In this document: piece after piece, positions 58,397 through 64,000 of the stretch
Layout of the letters: each line of letters starts with the position of its first letter
Numbering within the stretch: the first letter of the stretch is position 1
Source: Azolla caroliniana
Lineage: Eukaryota > Plantae > Polypodiophyta
Direction of reading: 5' to 3'
DNA: 64,000 bases
NCBI GenBank assembly: GCA_043228905.1
Contig: JBHGNT010000007.1
Location: forward strand, 9,424,001-9,488,000
The notes under the pieces: generated by a model
Told to the model about the DNA's origin: nothing
Databases searched by the model: none
Seen by the model: only the letters and a program-made list of their open reading frames with translations
Position numbers and translations under genes: made by a program

Positions 58397-61228
58397 TTGA
58401 TATGCTATAACAATAAATTTACGGTTTTGATACAGAATAGCAACAAATCTCCAGATTTTAGACAGAAATTCACTTGTGAGCCTTTATGGATTGATGGATG
58501 GTACAATCCATTTTGGGTTTGTGAAGAGCTAAGGAGAAGAACCATGGTGCTACCTATAGATAGTAATACTGAAACAAATCATGGAGAAGGCCTGGCTTTT
58601 GTGGCATTGCTTAAGGCATGCGCCAGAGAGAAAGATCTATGCAAAGGAACTCAATTGCATGATGAGATACTGAGTAAGGGTTTTCTTGAAAAGATACCGT
58701 ATCTTCCGAGTAGTTTGATCAGTATGTATGCTAAATGTGGAGTGATGTTGAAAGCACATCAAGTTTTAGAAGGCCTTGCAATCCGAGATGTGATCTCTTG
58801 GAATGCGCTTATGGCAGGATATGTCCAATGTAAGCAAGGCCATGAAGCACTTAACTGTTTCGAGCGGATGAAAAGTGAGCGACTCTCCCCAAACTCGGTT
58901 ACTTTCATGTCTGTCTTGAAAGCATGCAGTTTGGTAGCAGATATCGACAAGGGAAAACAAATTCACAACGAGATCATGATGAATAACGGTTTGTTGGAGA
59001 AGAACCTTTTGCTTGGGAATGCATTAGTGGATATGTATGCTAAATGTGGTATGCTTACTAGAGCACAACAAGTGCTTGAAGAGCTTCCTGTCCGAGATGT
59101 TGTTTCCTGGAATGCATTAATAACAGGGTATGCTCGGGAGGCACAAGTCCATGAAGCTCTAGATTGTTTAGAACAGATGCAAAGAGAATGTCTATCTCCA
59201 AATGCAATCACGTTCATTTGTATCTTGAAGGCTTGTGGCAGTGCAAGGGCTGTGGACAAGGGCAAACAAATTCATAATGAGATAACGAGTATGGGTCTTC
59301 TTGAGAAGGATATTGTGCTTGGATGTGCTTTGGTGGATATGTATGCCAAGTGCAGTTTACTTTCAAAAGCAAGAGAAGTGCTCGAAGAGCTTCCCATGCG
59401 AGATGCAGTTTCTTGGTCTGCTCTAATATCAGGATATGCTGAAGATGGACAAGTTGATGAAGCACTCAACTGTTTTGAACAAATGCAAAACGAAGGGCTT
59501 TATCCTGATTTGGTGACCTTTCTTTGCATACTGAAGGCATGTAGTAGGATGGGCGGCATAGACAAGGGCAAAAAAATTCATGATGAATTGAAAGCCAGGG
59601 GTTTGTTGTTTGAGAAGGATATCATGCTCGGTACAGCATTGGTGGATATGTATGCAAAATGTGGTTTACTTTCAAAAGCTCGTCAAGTACTTGAAGAGCT
59701 TCCTGTTCGGAACATAGTATCTTGGTCTGCATTAATAGTAGGATATGTGCAACAAGAGCAAGCTCATGAAGCTCTGAACTGTTTTGAGAGAATGTTAACA
59801 GAGGGTTTATCTCCGAATGCAGTAACTTTCAGTTGCCTGTTGAAAGCGTGCAGTAGCATAGGAGCCATAGAGAAAGGAGAAGAAATTTATAGAAGAATTG
59901 TGAGGATGGACTTATTGAAGAAAGACATTATTCTAGGCACTGCTTTGGTGGATATGTATGCCAAATGTGGTATGCTTACAAAAGCACATCAGGTACTCGG
60001 AGACCTGCCCGATCGAACTATAGCCACTTGGAATGCACTAATTGCAGGCCATGCTCAAGAGGGCCAATGTGATGAAGCACTAAATTGTTTGGAAAAGATG
60101 CAAGACGAGGGCATCTCTCCAAATGTGGTGACGTTCATTTGTATTTTGAAGTCGTGTGGCAGCGCGGGAGCTATAGATAAGGGCCAAAAGATTCATGAAG
60201 AGATTGTAAAGAATGGCTTAATAGAGAAAGATATCAGGCTTGGAAATGCTTTAATCAATATGTATGCCAAGTGTAGTATGCCGATAGGAGCACAAAAAGT
60301 ACTTGAAGAGCTTCCCATACGAGACATAATTGGTTGGAATGCAGTGATTGCAGGGTATGCTCAGCAGGGGCAAAGTTGTGAAGCATTGAACTGTTTAGGA
60401 AGGATGCAAAGTGAGGGTCTTACTCCAGATGAGGTGACATTTTTGTGTATTCTTAGTGCATGCATTCGCTCAGGGCTATTGGATAATGCGAAACTGTTTT
60501 TCGAGAGTATGAATGAAGACCATGGAATTAGTCCAAATTTGGAGCACCACAATTGCATGGTGGTTGGTTTTGGATGTGCCGGACAATTCGATAAGGCAAT
60601 GTCCGTGATTAAGTCGATAGATTCTTTGGAGTATTATCCTGCTGTTTGGCTTGCACTATTAGGTGCTTGTAGAAAATGGGGGAATGTGAAGCTAGGGACA
60701 CTGGCCTTTGATCAAGTACTACAACTACATGATACTTGTGCTGCAGCTTATGTCCTTATGGCCAATATCTTTGCAGCGGCTGGTATGCAAAAAGATGCAG
60801 TTAAGGTCGAAACTATGAGGGTTAAATATACTAATTGGAAGAAGCAAGAAAATATGTTATTGGCCGCTGCCACCGGACGTGTTAATTCATTTTCAGTTGG
60901 GGATGTAAAGCATCCTCAATGTATTGAGAATTATCAAAAGGTGAGGGCTATTGCCCTTAGCATATCACAAGAAGGAAATTGGTCTGAAAATGTTGTGGAC
61001 GATGGAAAGATGGAAATGCATACTGAGAAGCTGCCTATTGCTTATTCTCTTATCAATACACCCCAAGGTGAAACTGGACATCTTGTGGATAACATGTGTG
61101 TATCCCATGATTGCCATGTTTTCATATCAGTTGTATCGAAGATTGAGGACCAGAAAATAATGGTAAGAGATCACAATAGACTTCATATTTTTGAAAATGG
61201 GAAATCTGTATTTGCTTTCAATGTGTAG
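58397..61228 (+). CDS. PLS-class pentatricopeptide repeat protein with E domains and a degenerate DYW-like domain (organellar RNA-editing factor type)
   Basis: 943-aa ORF, first in-frame ATG at 58544; repeated ALVDMYAKCG / VSWNALI.GY / P..VTF..ILKAC triplets; E domain WLALLGACRKWGN..AAYVLMANI; tail HTEKLPIAY..SHDCH..VRD..HIFENG. Confidence 0.95.
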   Translation: MICYNNKFTVLIQNSNKSPDFRQKFTCEPLWIDGWYNPFWVCEELRRRTMVLPIDSNTETNHGEGLAFVALLKACAREKDLCKGTQLHDEILSKGFLEKIPYLPSSLISMYAKCGVMLKAHQVLEGLAIRDVISWNALMAGYVQCKQGHEALNCFERMKSERLSPNSVTFMSVLKACSLVADIDKGKQIHNEIMMNNGLLEKNLLLGNALVDMYAKCGMLTRAQQVLEELPVRDVVSWNALITGYAREAQVHEALDCLEQMQRECLSPNAITFICILKACGSARAVDKGKQIHNEITSMGLLEKDIVLGCALVDMYAKCSLLSKAREVLEELPMRDAVSWSALISGYAEDGQVDEALNCFEQMQNEGLYPDLVTFLCILKACSRMGGIDKGKKIHDELKARGLLFEKDIMLGTALVDMYAKCGLLSKARQVLEELPVRNIVSWSALIVGYVQQEQAHEALNCFERMLTEGLSPNAVTFSCLLKACSSIGAIEKGEEIYRRIVRMDLLKKDIILGTALVDMYAKCGMLTKAHQVLGDLPDRTIATWNALIAGHAQEGQCDEALNCLEKMQDEGISPNVVTFICILKSCGSAGAIDKGQKIHEEIVKNGLIEKDIRLGNALINMYAKCSMPIGAQKVLEELPIRDIIGWNAVIAGYAQQGQSCEALNCLGRMQSEGLTPDEVTFLCILSACIRSGLLDNAKLFFESMNEDHGISPNLEHHNCMVVGFGCAGQFDKAMSVIKSIDSLEYYPAVWLALLGACRKWGNVKLGTLAFDQVLQLHDTCAAAYVLMANIFAAAGMQKDAVKVETMRVKYTNWKKQENMLLAAATGRVNSFSVGDVKHPQCIENYQKVRAIALSISQEGNWSENVVDDGKMEMHTEKLPIAYSLINTPQGETGHLVDNMCVSHDCHVFISVVSKIEDQKIMVRDHNRLHIFENGKSVFAFNV

Positions 61229-61589
61229 ATACAATTGGGTTTCCAAGGCCTACTTCTTTCATAGTTGTAATTTATAGGATTAATCATAGAAACTATTATG
61301 GTAGGAGAAAGTCAATTGCAATTGGGCCTTAGTTATTTAGAAGTAATGTGAGAAATCACAAAGTGAGGCGGTATTTAGAGAATCTAAAGCAATAGGTAAT
61401 ATAGGGTTTATACTGTTTTAGTCCATATTAACAATGCAATAGGAAATAGCATTTTGTGTAGAAAAATGTGAAAATTCAAAAGTATGAATGCGTCTCGTCA
61501 TCTTCTGATTAGAAGCAAAGAGATAAGTTGTGCCAATTATGTTGAGGAATAAATTTTGTATTTAAGGATCATGGTTGCCTTAGAATGAA

Positions 61590-62820
61590 AGAAGAAAGAT
61601 ATATAAATGTCTTTTAAGAGGTCAAAATGGCCTATAAGACCAAACAAGAGATTACATCCCGAGTAAATCTCACTAAGTAAACAACAAATTAGAATAAAAA
61701 AATGTTACTAGGTAAACATTAAAGTAATAAGATAAAAAATGTTGTTACTAAGAATCTTGTTATCAGCACATGTAAGATTCTCACGTGCTACATTGTAACT
61801 TGTTTTCAAAATATCTCTAGCATAGGTCAATCTAGAATGCAGAGGTCTCCGAAACAAGGGAAGCACTTGTGATGGCAAGAGATAATGGCCTATATATGTC
61901 GATGGCAAGGGTGGTGAGATATTGGTCCATGGGACCAGGGCCTATGCATGACAAATTACTATTGCCCGATCTATTGTGACCCCTTTGTTATGTGTTGGTC
62001 GGGAGCCCGTTTGTGTAGCCCTTGATTGACTTGTAGAATTAGGAGTGATGGGGATAAAGAAAGTTATGATTGTTCTTTGTGGTTGGGGCTTGTGTTTTCT
62101 TAATGTTGTCCTCTAACAACTTTTCCCAATGTCTCTAAAGTTATAGCAAGAAAAGTCCTAGGCACTATTGGTCCTCATATTCCATTACCTTGCATAGTGG
62201 GCAAAGCTTTATTTAAAGAGACAATAGTTTCTCCCTCTAATTTCATAAAAGACACTACATTGACAAACATAGTGTTCTTCGAATTTGACTCCTTGATGAC
62301 ACAATCAATTGGCAAATTCTTTCTTCTAGATGTATTCATGCATATTTGCCTACCTCAATCCCTAACTTATCTGATGATGTTCATAGCTGCCATATCACAC
62401 TGCACAATGCATAGGATGGATGTATGTCCACATAAGATGACCTGATGATGAATCCATCCTCCAATTTGTGTAAAAAGTGTCTCTTGTAGTGGGCCATCTT
62501 CGTACCAAGTGAGATTTTGGGGCTAATCCATGTTATCTTGTTTTCCAAGTTAATAATACCAATTTGAATCACTCTATTCTTTTCACTTCAGTCATTTTTA
62601 GATGGGGGACAATCAAAGTTACATTGGAACAAAGGTAGTGCATTTATGCTTATGCCATATAACTCAAACCATTGTTGCATTTCAGCATACCAACAATGAA
62701 TATCTCCATGTTCAGCCAATTGTCTTGATGACATAAGTGCCAACCTTGAGTCCCTTCCTTTAGGGAGCTCCCACAGCCTAAAGCTCCCACAGACGTTGGA
62801 TAGAACGCACTGATCAGAAT
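61590..62820 (-). mobile_element. Older 5'-truncated copy of the 55090 LINE
   Basis: Colinear with ~55095-56280 (INLENKITWISPK..GTKMAHYK), with indels. Confidence 0.85.
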
Positions 62821-63441
62821 AATGCCTTTAGAGAGAATAATTATATACCAAGCCACACTTACCCATAAGTGTATGTTGAACCATTGATAGCATATCAATG
62901 ACAGTTTAGTGAAATCCTCTTTTTCTGTCATATTGTAAGAACTGAGAAATGAGGATGTTGAATTATCAGCATGGTCAGAAGAGGAAGAGATATATTAACA
63001 TTCCACAGAGAGAGAGAGATCTTTGATGTAAATCCTTTTTTTCAACTCTGATAGGTTTCTCATCAACAGCTACATCAGATTATTCAGCACAAAATTCTTC
63101 CTAAGACACTGGCCATGTCATGCAGTGACTTTTTTGTTTTCATGGCGCTCTTGTGAATCATATTTGCCAATCGTGATATTTTTGTCATTAAGGGCTACAC
63201 CATTATTTGGCACATTTCCCCCATGACACTTGCTGGTATTGCTTGTGAATCATTTTTGCCAATTGAGATCTTTTTGTCATCAAGTGATACGGCATTATTC
63301 AGCACACATTCCCCCTATGACACAAGTCAAGTAGTGACTTTTTTGTTTTCATGGTGTTCTTGTGATTATATTCTTGTGCTCATGTTGAAGGTGGAGGCAT
63401 ATTCCCAAATTTCAAACTATTTTCCTTGCAGTTGGTATATT

Positions 63442-64000
63442 TCAATATCTCATGGCTGCTTCTATCCTCTCTGCATCTTTTTGCATGCGAGCAACTGCAA
63501 ATGTATTAGCCGTAAGGGCATAAACTGCAGCACAAGTAGAATCTAGTTGTAGTAACTGATTGAAAGCCAGTATCCCAAGCTTTATATTTCCCCACTTTCT
63601 ACTCGCTTCTAATAAAGAGCACCAAACTAGTGGGAAATTGATGCTCGGCATGACTTTGATCATTGACATTGCCGCATCAAAGAACCCTGCATAGCCATAA
63701 ACCATCACCATGCAAGTATCATGTTCTAACCCTGAAGCAATGCCATATCTTTTAGTCATATTCTCGTACAGAATTTGGGTCTCATTCAATAGCCCTAAGT
63801 GAGAGCAAGCACCAAGAACATGTAGGAAAGTTACCTCATCCGGAAATAAGCCTTCAATCAGCATCTCTTCCAAACAATTCAATGTCTCTTCACATTTCCC
63901 TAGTTGGGAATACCCTTTGATTAATACATTCCAAGAGACTACAGTTCGAATTGGAATTTCGTCAAGCATTTGCTGTGCTTTTGCAAGAAGACCACATTTT
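63442..64000 (-). CDS. PLS-E PPR protein, 3' end (gene continues beyond the window)
   Basis: VVSWNVLIKGY, PDEVTFLHVLGACSHLG, LEHDTCMV, WCSLLEASRKWGN, E2-like end; paralogous to 58397-61228. Confidence 0.9.
   Translation of the reverse strand, partial: KCGLLAKAQQMLDEIPIRTVVSWNVLIKGYSQLGKCEETLNCLEEMLIEGLFPDEVTFLHVLGACSHLGLLNETQILYENMTKRYGIASGLEHDTCMVMVYGYAGFFDAAMSMIKVMPSINFPLVWCSLLEASRKWGNIKLGILAFNQLLQLDSTCAAVYALTANTFAVARMQKDAERIEAAMRY

Overview
Eukaryotic, transposon-dense plant DNA, most likely a fern or other seed-free plant (inferred from PLS-class PPR genes with an atypical DYW-like tail, a Tf1/Tcn1-like chromovirus and non-L1 LINEs). Most of the window is nested Copia and Gypsy LTR retrotransposons, solo LTRs with intact target-site duplications, and LINE fragments. 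Host-gene content is limited to the 3' exons of a GRDP/DUF1399-like gene (41.1-42.9 kb) and two convergent PLS-PPR genes at the right end. The outstanding feature is a 7.58-kb DNA transposon (4230-11810) bounded by 37-bp terminal inverted repeats and a 4-bp GAAG duplication. It carries two divergent genes: a DDD-type (DUF7869/Sola-like) transposase fused to a BAH/Tudor-like barrel, and a six-exon gene encoding a ParB/Srx-like domain fused to a bacterial-type beta-class amino (6mA/4mC) DNA methyltransferase. This copy carries stops and frameshifts. Also notable is a young, RT-less chromovirus (20614-24904) with a self-priming PBS, a -1 frameshift signal and a tRNA-like antisense segment in its LTR. 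All domain calls come from recognising motifs by eye; no database searches were run.
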